Positions 47,442 to 59,461 of a stretch of DNA of 64,000 nt are shown piece after piece. The position numbers and the translations under genes were made by a program. The stretch is from Perkinsus olseni (lineage: Eukaryota): positions 1-64,000 of the forward strand of contig JABANN010000127.1 of assembly GCA_013115125.1 (NCBI GenBank), given 5' to 3'. Every line of letters begins with the position of its first letter. The first letter of the stretch is position 1. A model generated the notes under the pieces. The model was not told where the DNA came from and did not search any database. It saw only the letters and a list, made by a program, of their open reading frames with translations.

Positions 47442-49637
47442 CTATGATATACGAGATGCTCCGGTAATGCGGACATGTGTCATTGATGAGTCCTCCTCCC
47501 CTCTGATACCAGGCAATACGAGCGTACTCGGTCGCAGCCAGCGGCACGTAGACAGGATATTTGACGTTACACGGGAGGGCGGAGTCTGATCGTGGCCGTT
47601 GCGGAGCGGGGATGTCATGGAGGTACCGTCTGTGGCGTCCATAGCGGCAGCGAACATCCTCCAAAGGTCGAGGGACGCTTCATGGACGGAAATGCCGCTC
47701 CTTCTGGACGATAGGGCGAAATCTGATCGGCAGTAAGAACTGGATGGTAATAGATACCCCGAGTTCACACCTCGGAAGGCGTCCACAGCTCGGGGATAGG
47801 ACTTCGACAGCCTCCACGTGGCGAACGCGATGAGCTGTCTCCACTGCTTTTCTCGTGCATCGGCGCTCGTGCCTGATGAGCAGCGATTACACAGGTTGAT
47901 CAGGCAGGCCCCTCTACTGCCTATCAAGAGAATACGGTGGCCGGGTGGAACCAGTGAAGGAGCCCGAGATAACCTCTACTATATGGTCACTCCATTAAAG
48001 CCAACATCATGTTCACGCTACGATGATGATAAGTCAATAGTCGGGTACCAACAACGAAAGGCGTTCGAAAACCGCGGTCATGGATGCTCCCCCTACCGTT
48101 ATCGAGGAGGCTGAGGGTTGTCTCTCGGAGCTCATTCGGGTCCGGGAATCCCTGCGGCACAGCCCCATACCCGACATATGGCCACACATTCTCTACTGCC
48201 GCCAGTGGTAAAGACCCTCCATCCGAACACTCATAAGGGCCATCATCCAGTGACAAAAATGACCACGCCACTGCAGCGTTGAAGTAGGCTCCCCCAGGAG
48301 CTCGGGCCGGCGACCAAGCTAGGTGTAGCATCGAATAAGGTACGACCATACAGTCACCAACGCGCTGGACGGCCGTTCGGATCTCGACCTTCTCAAGCCA
48401 GGGGCGATGGAGATCCTCATCGATAGCATCTAGGTCGAGCGCGAGCCAGTCGGTTCCGGTATTGTGGCGATCGTCGGTGCTGTTGTAGCGACCACCGCGC
48501 ACCCAGGGTAGGATACCACCGTACTTGCGGGTGTCGATGAACCACCAGAGCTTCTCACCCTCCCCCGCCACGAGACAGTTCATGACATTCTCCTTGTCAT
48601 AGTGGAAGGAAGACCTCGTCTCCAGCCCCGCTGGAGATATCCACAGGCCGTTCTCCTCGATGACCAGCCCTTCGCGATGCCCCCACCGAGGCACTTCCAC
48701 CTCCCATGCCATCGCTTGTGGTAGCGTCGACACAACGTACCAGTCCTTGGAAGGTTCCAGTTCCCTCAGCGCCATCCGGGACACGGCCTCCTTAGCAACC
48801 CCTCGCAGCTCCACCGAAGTTTCTAGCTTGACTTGCAGGTCACCGACGTCGCCGTTCTCCAGCCACTTTCCTCTGGACCAGCCAGGAATCTTTATGGCGT
48901 CCCTTATGACCAAGGGCCTGTGACCAGCGATGTACCGATTCCAGTACTCATCACATGAGAGCTCCGAGCTCTCGATAGAGTCGATGCTGTGGTACCGTCC
49001 TCTCACTATAAAGGATTCATTCAGTGATGAGCCACCGGGATCGCCCGCGTGTAACGGTAGCTGGCAGAAGAGCGGCAACTCTCGATGCAGCCACATAAAT
49101 GCGTCCTTCCCGAGGCCTTCAGTAGGGAACCCTCCCCCACGTAGTGCTTTTGACTGTTCTCGTGTGCGGTAGTAGTGCCACAGTCTAGCAGCCAACAGCG
49201 CCTGCTCGCCTTGGCCATGCACCTCGCAGACCTGGGTGCGGCGTTCTGCCGCTACATCTCCGCTTTTTTCAGCTGAGCTCACCTCCCGATCAATCACAAA
49301 GTCCAACAGCTCAGCACGAGAGATTGAGCCGCTCCTGTCGGAGTCGTAGTAGTAGAAGTCGGGTAGATGTCCAAAGTCTCCTGAAACACCGAGTGGTACC
49401 ATCAGAGCGGGGCGAGCAGCAAGTCCCGCCCACCCGCAAAGGACAGAGTCGGCATGGCCGCGCCCAGTAGCAGACAGCGAGGCTTCATTTATGGTAACTC
49501 TAACCACTGATGAGCTTCGTGGTGGCTTCCATGAAGGGTAGTCCTCTGAGCTGATGGGGAGAAGGTTGCAGAGCACAGACGACGCGTACAATGAAGAACC
49601 CCAATACTCCAACGACGAAATCAACAACAACTTTCAT
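47442..49637 (-). CDS. Secretory JmjC (Cupin_8-like) oxygenase with N-terminal EF-hand
   Basis: Exon 1 MKVVVDFVVGVLGFFIVRVVCA; DSDRSGSISRAE; YWNRYIAGHRPLVIRDA; SFHYDKENVMNCLVAG; GDCMVVPYSMLH. 3' end uncertain. Confidence 0.8.
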
Positions 49638-49892
49638 AGCAATCCTCCTGCCCTTGACCTTTGCCTTCCCACTACCCACACCGCCGAGACCTAGAATCGT
49701 CGCGATAGTGAGACACCCATGAGGGGTGTGGACGAGCTGTGCATTACGGGTACATTTGCATAGTAATGAACATCTCGCACGTTCAACACTGTACTTGTGC
49801 CGCTCAGCTTATCTACAGCGAAAAGTCCTTGGTGCGAGGTCCATGTTGTGGGAAGGCTGAATCCAACCCCTCAGTGACCACAGAGAAAGGCA

Positions 49893-52099
49893 TTATGCAC
49901 TCGAATTTACAAGAGTTTGTCGTGGCCAATTGTATTGCAGGCATTCTACACCCACCGAGCTCGGCAGAGGAGAAGCCCCTAGATCACCAGGGATGGATGG
50001 AGCCGGCGGCAGGACATCTACTTGCGTCACTGCGCCACATAATTTGACAACAGGCACTAGCTTCGTGTCAGTGCATGATGTGAGGACCTCTACCCAGACC
50101 ATGCCGCCTTTGAGTCCAATCTCTATCCGTCCTGGTAGGTAACGGAGGACCAGAACGTCGCCAGGGGTGCATCGAGTAGGGCAGTGTTTGACTCGGCCGA
50201 GGTACCTAGATAACCCACACATGGAGGCAGGAAGCTCATGGTAGTGTAACGACCCGCTCGGCTCGGAACAGACTGTCCCATTACGGGTAGAGCTAGACGT
50301 GGGGACGTGCTCAAGTCGAATCTGTCGGTAGATGCCATATGTGGATTCGACCGAGGCCCGACGCCATCGCCGACTCTGGGCGTGGTCCTACTCAGACTGA
50401 AGCCTCAGTGATGCGACAATGAGGAGCCGAACAGGAAGTGGACATCTTAGCAGGCGCTCTAGGGATGTGGCTCCATCAGTAGGAGATACTCACGAGTTAG
50501 CACTCTGATGGGAGGCAACTGATACATGGCCATCTACGGTCAAGGTGATCATCATCCACTCCCTTCCCTCCAGGACTCCTCGAGGAGCACAATCCTGTCG
50601 TGTAGGGAGATGAGAGGCCACGGGCTCCGTAGCAAGACCTAGAAAGGAGTTCTCCGACCGGGCCAAGACTTTCAGCACGATATGCTGTATCAGGTGCTCA
50701 CTAAAGCTACGCTAGGCTAAAAAGCGTCACGAAAGTGACTTTTTGGGATTCTGAGTGATACTACTACAATAACAGTAACAGTAACACGCGAGGTAGGGTA
50801 GTGGGAGAGAGACGACCCCCTCGGAAAGTGACAGTCGATTGTGGACAACATCCCCTCACACTCACCAATGCCCATCAATACGTTAAACTTATCCGCCTTG
50901 ACATCCACAAGGACCAGCTCAATCTCCTCCCCTTTGTACACGGCACTAGACAGCAGGATGCCCGTGCCTCCCCGCAGTGGGCCCCGCGGGTAACGACCGT
51001 GAGCATAGGACGACCTCTCCTTCCACGACAAGCCAACTACCTGATAGGAAAGCGAGGATTCCTGCCTTCAGCAGTACCGCTCCTACTACCTGCCCATGCT
51101 CCTCGTCCCAGCGAGTTATGGCAACGCATTCTCCATCGACTTTAATCCGGCTAGGGTCGAACCCGCGACCTCCGGCAGAAGAGCTACTGGACAGATGACC
51201 TGACCATTATAGCAGCCGGCGATAGTGGAAGATGAGCTGAGATCGTGCAGACCCGAGACGGCCCACAGCCGCCCAATTCCCACCGCCTCACGCGAGTCAA
51301 AGGCTGGCGGTCCGGCCGGAAGCACATCTGTCCCTTCACCCAGAGAGTTCATCACCGCCGCTATCCCCAAGGCTGCTGAGCCACTCGACGCTTGGGCCGA
51401 GTCACAGGCCGACGTGTCACCATCATCCACCCGATAGACCTCGGGAACACGCGGAGCCTCTTTGCCAGAGCACGGCCTCTTTGGCCCTCCACTCTCCGGC
51501 TGCCGCGAGTCGGTTTTTCCGCGTTTACTCCGCCTTCGTTTCCCCCTCTTTTTCCTCTCGTCTACTGCCATCGATGGTGCACCTCCGGTAGATCCCCTCG
51601 TGAGTGAGCCCCGATAGTACACCCTCTGGCCTCCACTCACTGCAGGCTGGCTGCACAGAAGCTGGCTGTCGCTCAGCGCCCCAACGAGGCCTTCATCTCT
51701 TGACACACTACCAACAGGCCTTGCTTCCGAAGAGGCCCTCCGCAGCTTGCCCACGTCCTCGTCAGGTACAGCGCTCCCACTCCCATCGCGGTATGAGCCA
51801 CCAACAGCAGCGCTGACCCTCGGCCGAAGGTTCACAATGGCGTTGCCTGGCACTGAGAGGTTCTCCTTGTCTCCGCACTCCCCTCGAGCTCTCAGCTGAA
51901 CCCGTCTGCTGACCTTCCCGCTCAGTTCCAAGCGAGAGCCCTCTCTCGGGAATAATTTCGGTTTCCAGTCTCCCCCATGATCGGAATGCTCCCTGCGGCT
52001 GTCGCTCACTTCCGCGTCATCAGCCGTAAGATTGACCTCCCTCAGCGGCTCTCGTCTCGCCGGTCGATATCTCCTACCCAGCGATGGCGCCCATTCCAT
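49893..52099 (-). CDS. Hypothetical protein: disordered N-terminus, beta-rich C-terminal exons (SPRY/NHR-like, tentative)
   Basis: 327-codon first exon followed by short exons such as GDVLVLRYLPGRIEIG, LVPVVKL. Confidence 0.45.
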
Positions 52100-52319
52100 T
52101 TGAGACCACCTTCAACCCAAGATACCATTGACTACCACTCAACACTCCAGCTTCGATCACGAGCTAGGTAGACTACAAGATCACTCGCTGAGAGAACAAT
52201 CACAAGTTGGAGCAGTAACCTGCGATCAAGTAGTACAATACTTATATGTATCAACAAATAACAAGGACAGTACGGGCGGCGGCGGTGGATCTACTACTAA
52301 AAGGCTAGCCGGCTTTGTG

Positions 52320-53490
52320 GTTGGCTAAGTCGGCCCCTGGAAAGAGCTGCCATTCCGAGCGTCCAAGGCACTCCTGGCCTGCGAGGAGATCGGCAACAAG
52401 GAACGAGACCTCCTCCCGCTATCACAGACTGCGAGCTGACCGACCGGTCGCATCGTCGTCGGCATGCACACCCGCCATGGCTGCCTTCTGCGGCAGGGAA
52501 TTGCGGCGATTCCGGTTGCCTCGCCGACCCGACCGCCTACTTTTCCCACTCCCATCAGCAGCTGTCTCCTCCATAGGTACTGCACCAGGCTCCTGACCGT
52601 ACAAAGGAGAGCTGTCCTTCTCCACGATGCGAAGTGGCCCATTGGTCTCTGCATAGGATGGTATATCGGCTAGACCAACGTTTATCAAATCCTCATCATC
52701 ACCCGACTCTTCAGCCCAATCGAAGCTAGTCGACATTTTGAGCCCCTTCTTAGTCGTCATTCGTTCCCGACTTGGCTCGGTTCCCGTAGAGCTACTGCTC
52801 TCTCTGGATTCCATCTTCTCATCCACCTGAGCCTCCACCTCGCCCGGATCATTCACGGAGGGGGTTTCTTGATACACCGAGACCGAAGCATCGGATGTTG
52901 CCGATCGCCCGGCGAATAGCGACGGTCGCCAGCTGAGAGCAGCCTCAGCCTCTTGGCCAACTACGCCAGCACCCGCGACTTCTGCTGGTGCGCCGTCACC
53001 TGTCGGAGCCAGTCGTGCATCACCCAGCACTTCCGGGGACTCGTCCATGCTAGTGGGCGAGCCAGACCCAGCTGACTCCCCCGGGGGCAACCCAATCGAA
53101 CTGTCAGGGCTCCTGATCTTGGGTATCCACTTCACAGGCGAATCCTGGCAAGCCTCGCTACTGCCGGTGTCGTTGATATCAATAGAGGAGGCAGGAGGGC
53201 TCATGGCCGCCGATCTGTCCTTCGGCAAAGGCAGCTTCAACTTTGGTACCAATCGTGCTGGCTCAGCTGTGGACTCATCAGTCTCCCGAGAGCAGTTGGG
53301 CGAGCGCAGTGTCGAGAGAGTGTCGATCTCGCCAACGTCTTTACCGATACTAGACACCTCCTCCTCCCGTCCAATGGTCGACACGTCATGTCCTGACCAT
53401 TCCCTCTGTGGTTCTTCTCCCAAGGGCTCCTCATCCCCTCCGCGCAGACTCGGAATCCACGACCCCGGTACGAAGTCGCTATCCTCATCC

Positions 53491-53528
<38 letters not shown>

Positions 53529-54150
53529 GCCGTACGCAGGTCCGTAGATCTCGTCTTCCGTTGCTGGCTTTTTGCCTTCGACGCTGTCCTCTCCGGGTTC
53601 TGGGAGAGGAAAACAGAAATTCTCTCAGCAGCAATCGGGCAACGGTGGTATATTCACATTTAAATTACCTGTGTGATCCACCGACGCCGATGTTCCCCAT
53701 GGAGGCAGCTCCAACGGGGGCATCAAAGGGGGCTTGGCGACCACCGGACTGGGCGGCGCAGGCCGACGAGCTTCCACCGGTCCCCACCTCCACCACCCAG
53801 CCGCTAGCGGTAATGCTACTTCCCTCGCTCGATTGTACCTCAACGACGATCCACCAAACTTCCCCAAGCCAGCAACCCTACAAAGTACTACTCTCGGCGC
53901 TCCGCCTTGGTCATGGTCTGTACAAACGTCTCCAGTAGCAGCACCCCCTCACTCTTCTGTGCATCCGCTGCTGCATCCGAGACGTGGAAGCCAATCTGAG
54001 CACCAATCATCCAGCCTTCTGGGGCACGCTCCAATAGCTGCACCTCCGTCGTCCAGAAACTCTTCTCCTCCGCAGTTCTCGCGACCGCTTCTAAATGTAC
54101 CACCTGCTTCTGGCCCTTCAGAAGACGGATGATACTGCACACAGAACAAC
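52320..54150 (-). CDS. Low-complexity acidic/Ser-rich hypothetical protein
   Basis: 333-codon open frame plus upstream exon with poly-Asp. Confidence 0.5.
53484..53528. repeat. (TCA/GAT)n microsatellite, ~12 pure units, encoding poly-Asp
   Basis: tcatcatcatcat... seen directly. Confidence 0.95.
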
Positions 54151-54298
54151 CATCGTCTCCAAGCATTTCCTACGTCGCGCCACGACCCAACTCGCTGAGA
54201 CTTCAGAGCGGAGCGAAGACATGTGCCCAGCTGCTTCAGCGCATACTACCGTACCATCCCTTCAACAGCAGATCCAGGTGGACCCACGGACCATGAAC

Positions 54299-55227
54299 CT
54301 ACCTCTTTACGAGAGTTTTCCGCGCCTTCTCGTCGACTGCTGTCACTAATTCGATTCGTGCGTAATTAGATACCCGGAGGTATACTGCAAGCGCTTCTGC
54401 AACGCCACCTTCGCCCTGAATGACCCATCGGCCTTGCCACATTGTATGCATGACTATTACCATTGCCGCTGACAATCGCAGGCCGGAGCGACGCGTCACC
54501 GCAGTCCATATTCCCTTTCCAGAGTCCCCTTGTACGTGCACTCCTGTGACTCGGAGGAGCTCATTCAACGCCTCAGTAGGAGCTGCAAGAAATTCACCGT
54601 AGCTCCGACCATCAGCTACATTCGTAACACCCGATGAACACGATAAATTATCTACCTCGCCTTGTTTTCGGAACATTCCGAATGAGCCCATGGGCGTGTC
54701 TGCCACGATCCCCATGTAACTACCTTCTTCCGATGAAGGCCTCACATCATGGACGATACTGAACTGGACGTCCTCCTCGCCCCGATCAGGCTTCTCCTCT
54801 CTCTTGCCAATCGGAGCCGAACGCTCATTCTTAGCGTTTCCTCTCGGTGTCCGATGGCTTGAACGCTTCCTACCAACCCTCTCCGTGCGCTCGGACTTCG
54901 CGCCCTTCTCCAATGCTACCCTATGGGAATCGTGACGACCAAAGAACAGCGGTTTCATATTGAACCTGAAAATAGACACGATATTTTCCTCCCCCCTTCG
55001 CTTCTCACCCGCACTCACCCGCCAAAGGCCACGACCGCCGACAACGTTATGAGAATAATAAAGACGATAAAACCGATATCGGCCGCCCTTCCCCCCAGGA
55101 GCGCAACCGAAGTCTCGGGCATCGCTATCGCTGGCTCTGGGGTTCTCAATGCCAGCACCCGTACTGGGCTTTGGACGAATACCGCTACCATGGCAGCGGA
55201 TGGGATAATCACGGGCTCTGACCGCAT
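54299..55227 (-). CDS. Hypothetical membrane protein
   Basis: Hydrophobic IGFIVFIILITLSAVVAFG followed by GT donor and a long downstream exon. Confidence 0.45.
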
Positions 55228-55609
55228 ACAAGAGGTGTAGTGAATTAAAAGCGACACCGCCTAAGGACTGGCGGACAATTGAGGAAAAAACAAACTACAC
55301 ACACTCAGGACTGCACGAAAGCTGGACAGAACCATTCCCCTCCATACTGGCGGATTCCTATGATCTCACACTGGAGCGCAATAGTTGTTGTGTGCGAGTC
55401 TCGGCTGATCCATGCAAGTATCGACCTATAAAACGGCTCAACAACACTCAAACCGCGGCCACCGCGAATTGATAACACAAGCAGACTCGGGCTCCGAAGA
55501 AACGCACACACTGCCCTCATCTTACACCACCCGATGTGCAGAAAAATACTACTACTCCGCAGCAGCAGCAGCCTGCCACAGAGATGGCCTACCAACTAAG
55601 CACTACCGC

Positions 55610-56924
55610 TTAGTAGCTCTGATGAGCCGGCAATGTTGTGCCAGTGGACGGATCGAACACCCAAGGCTTCGGCTCGTCCTCCTTCTCCCCGAGACTGCAC
55701 AGGAATAGGTGAACTCGAGAAAATAACGAACGGGGCTCCACTTACTTGATCTGGTCCAAAGCCTCCTTAGCCTTCGGCACTACACGATCGTAGCGGCCCA
55801 GCTCCGCCCGTATCGAGACGAGATCACTCTTGTCAAAACTAAGAACCATACTTCAGCACTCATTACTTCACCGACTGTAATGCTATAGCATACCACAAGC
55901 ACCCCTGACTGAAGGAGATCTTGCGACTTCAAACCAATCCCAGAAGATTTCGGCAAAGCTGTTCGACACAAGTGAACCTTTCCCAACACTACCGGCTCCC
56001 GTCCGGCTTCCACCCTAATGGTAGGATCGCAATCTGCGGTGAGTCGACTACCTCCATGTCGTACCTGATACAAAGCGAGCGGATTGAGAAGCAGCAGAAG
56101 TTGGAAACTTTAAGTTGAGGGCCACTATGGTTCGGAGCCATGATACGTTCAGAGACTACAAGTGTGCGTAAGTATACGGATGGAAACGTAAAGGAGGTGT
56201 TCAATCGACTAATTCTGAGTCCATTCTGGAACCACATTTTCCGGTAAAAGTAATTTTCCGAGTAAAAACAATTTCCGGACCTGAATTCCAAAACTAGTTT
56301 ACTGACCAGGAGGAATGAATCCCGAGAAACACGCAGGTAACGCCGACAGGAGAGAAAGAAAAGCGTGATTAGTAGTAGTCAAGGCCTTACGCAGCAGTGG
56401 GGACCTCATCCATGTCAACTTTATAAAAAGTAGCCTGAGGGTAGCTCGCGGAAAGCTTCTCGAACTCCGGCTCGAACATCTTGGCACCGGTGGACCATTT
56501 GGCAGCGAACCATCCGACCATCATGTGAGACGTCTGCTTCAATGCCTCGTAGTCGGCGTAGTTGTCAATTTTCTGAAGTACAACAACAGATCAGCCACCA
56601 TCTTCCTTTACGAGAAGACCATTCTCGACAGTCAGTCCCTATCCAGAATGGGTGTCAATAAAGCGATTCTAAAACTCAGAATTCATTCCGGAACCGAATC
56701 AAGGGTGTAATATTAAACTCCAGAATCGATTCGGGGTTTCAGGATTAGTTGAATGAATGGTATTGAACGGACATAACTTCCCACAGTGTCCCAACGGAGG
56801 TCCCCACAATGACTCTGGTCCACAGCACATATGGCTGGCTTACCCTAACGGTAGTGCTGCCAGCGGCGGTGCAAAAACGCCTGCCGAGGTTCTGTAGAGT
56901 GAGCCGCGTAGCAGAGGAGAGCAT
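55610..56924 (-). CDS. Mitochondrion-targeted thioredoxin-fold protein lacking CxxC (candidate ATP synthase accessory subunit, ATPTG4-like)
   Basis: MLSSATRLTLQNLGRRFC presequence; MVGWFAAKWSTGAKMFEPEFEKLSASYPQATFYKVDMDEVP; last exon KPWVFDPSTGTTLPAHQSY*. Confidence 0.75.
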
Positions 56925-57092
56925 TGATAAGGAGGGCCTCTCTGTGGAAACGACAGTATCAAGTTGCTCACAAAGTCGACCTGCGAGTCTATTTGCATGA
57001 ATTTTTTTCCTGCACTTTTGATTTCTCAAGGCTCGAGTTGAGTTGACTGCGCGTGTGTGTTTGAACTCCAGCGCCGTCGCCGGCTTGGTTTT

Positions 57093-57145
57093 ACTCAACT
57101 GTCGTCAAAGAGTTGAGTCACTCAACTCTTTGACGACATTTGAGT
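57093..57145. repeat. Near-perfect 53-bp palindrome
   Basis: ACTCAA-c-TGTCGTCAAAGAGTTGAGT-c-ACTCAACTCTTTGACGACA-t-TTGAGT. Confidence 0.95.
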
Positions 57146-57394
57146 GTGGTCAGGCATCCTTTCTCAATCATCGCTGCCACAGCGCCATAGGTCCTAGGTG
57201 GACTACAGGATTGCACTTGTACTCCACGACTCTCCTTAATAAACAACCATTGCTACGAACGATTATAAGATCACCAAAGGTTCAACCTTTAAGCTTGCAT
57301 CTCGGCCGCCGCAGCATTCCGCAAGCCTCGGTTCATTATCCACGGGGATATGCGTAACTCAACAGAAAGCGTCGTGGATGTGGGTTCAACATGG

Positions 57395-58175
57395 TTATGT
57401 ATGCATTACTATTAATAATGCCAGTGAGACAATGTGGAAGGGTCCTTCGCTTTGGCGAGGCCCGGAGGCGGCGGAAGCGCCCATTTCTTCAACTTGCTCG
57501 CACATGGCTCGGCAAGTAGCTTCGAAGATCTCAACTTGCTCGGACTTCTTTATCAAGTGTCCATAGTAATTACACTGAAGAAAACCGAATGGTTACACAT
57601 GGTGACACGTCTGACTCTGAGGAGGAATGGGTAGCTGTGTACTGTCTCCTACGTCGTCATCGCAGGTTGTGGTTTTCACCACGTAACGGTTGAAGCAGAT
57701 ACAGCACGTCAAGGTTGGGTCATCATTGTTAGTGAACATCGCATCGGGTAGACTATTGCCATGCACGTCAAGAGCGTCCGGACTGTCGCACTGAGAAACA
57801 ATGGCCTTTCCTACCGGGAAGTTCTCACAGGACGACAGGCCTCTCGGACGTCGAAATAGTGCGCCATAGTGCTGGGCGCTGGACTCCCGAGACTTACAGT
57901 TTCATGGCATTGCTCTCGCGTCTTGCCAAAGAAGTTGTTCGTGTTGTACCTCGAGGAGGGACCATCCGCAGTCTGATGCATCTTGTACACTTACGGCATC
58001 ACTCGCTGCACTCCCAACTCGGCCACCTTAGCTCCATGGCCTGAATGAACCGAGCAAAATTCGGGTCCCGCGTGGGACCCGCGTGAAGAACACTGGGTGG
58101 CCACCCAGGAACTCACCTTCGTCGACCGTCTGCCCTTTCATCATTGTCGGTTGTGTTCCACCTGAAGAGCTCATG
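57395..58175 (-). CDS. Cys-rich protein with hydrophobic C-terminus (paralog A)
   Basis: YNTNNFFGKTREQCHET...LPDAMFTNNDDPTL...CNYYGHLIKKSEQVEIFEATCRAMCEQVEEM...HIVSLALLIVMHT*; start uncertain. Confidence 0.6.
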
Positions 58176-58218
58176 CAAAGATAAATTCGCGAGCACGGCC
58201 AGCTCAACGACAACGACG

Positions 58219-59300
58219 TTATCGAGGCATGTGGGCGCCGAAGGTAGTCACCCTATACCGAATTCTGCGCTGTCACCACGTGCGGCGTCATATCGATTTC
58301 GGTAATACACCACTGAAAATCTCTGATCTCACCATCAGATGTTCCGTTCTGACCTTCAAGTCCTCCCGAGTCAGCGTGCTTGCTTCCCTCCCAGCTCGCT
58401 TTTTCATCCCTCTCATCTTTATCCGCCTTCTCATCTTTATTATCCTCCTCCTCCTCGCCTTCATCCCAATGATCTCCGGACGCTCCACGGGCTGCTCTAT
58501 CCCTGCCTCGTCTCTCAGTGTCCTCATCATCCCAATCGTAGTAACCGTCTCCGTCGTCATAGTCGCTATCATCATCGTCGTCGTCGTCGTCGTCGTCATC
58601 ATCATGATCGTCATCATCATCATGATCGTCATCATCATGTCGATGCCGCCGACGTTTTCTCCGTTCCCCGTACCCTAGAGCAACAACGGCTCACCGCCGC
58701 GAGGCATTCGGAATATAAGCTCATACCCAGGATATAATGTTCGTATTTCACGGATCAAACCTCAGATGCTAAGCACCGCTAACGGTGTATGGAGAGACGA
58801 CTTGTTGTTGGGACAAAGCGCCAGTGGAATTCTCTACTTCAACGCCCGATTAGTTCAGCTGGATAGAATGTCTGCCTACGGAGCAGATGGTCGTAGGTTC
58901 GAATCCTGCATCGGGTATTCATGTGCGAGATACTCACTTCTACGATGATGCTTTTCCTTATCTTCGGCATCGTTTTGACGGTCCCTATCCTCGCCTCCAT
59001 CACCGAAGAGCCACCTTAGGAGGAGCGACAAATCCAAATCAGAACACAACCAGCATCAACCTACGATTTCCGTTCTAGCCAAGAATCTGGCAGATCTTCA
59101 CGCTTGGGTTGCGGCCTGAAGCAGGCCTCAAGTAACGGAGTGAATACCAAATCACGGAGAGATCATCTCCTCCTAACCGCCGACCTCCTCCGCTCGAGCA
59201 AAGACGATGCCGACAGCGCTTGCTTGTAAAACTCGTCCTGACTCTCAGCGTTCCAAACATAAAGCTCCGCTACAGCCCGCAGAAGCCTCATTGAGTGTGC
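58219..59300 (-). CDS. Asp-rich hypothetical protein (multi-exon; hosts tRNA in an intron)
   Basis: WLFGDGGEDRDRQNDAEDKEKHHRR splices in frame (intron 58675-58937) to RYGERRKRRRHRHDDDD...; could be joined to paralog A. Confidence 0.55.
58565..58640. repeat. GAC/GAT trinucleotide tract (poly-Asp with His)
   Basis: atcatcgtcgtcgtcgtc...tcatcatcat. Confidence 0.85.
58844..58917 (+). tRNA. trnR-ACG: tRNA-Arg(ACG)
   Basis: Acceptor GCCCGAT/ATCGGGT; D arm TAGTTCAGCTGGATAGAAT; anticodon arm TCTGC-CT-ACG-GA-GCAGA; T arm GTAGG-TTCGAAT-CCTGC. Confidence 0.96.
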
Positions 59301-59461
59301 AACATAGCTGCCAGGGAGACCTGTTCGTCGTGCTCCTTCTATCCCTCCTCATACTCAGTGTAGCAACTCAACTCCCCGCGGACTGGTGACAACAGATTCA
59401 ACCATGAGTCAATTTCGTGTTTCTGAACACATCGGTGCTCGTGTAGCAGTCAAGCGGGGAG

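Noticed and set aside
53237..53938. Poly-Met, poly-His and poly-Ser ORFs
   Set aside because: Alternative frames of the GAT microsatellite; the poly-Asp frame fits the gene.
58229..58737. Hydrophobic poly-Val/Ile and poly-His/Met ORFs
   Set aside because: Off-frame or antisense readings of the Asp-rich exon.
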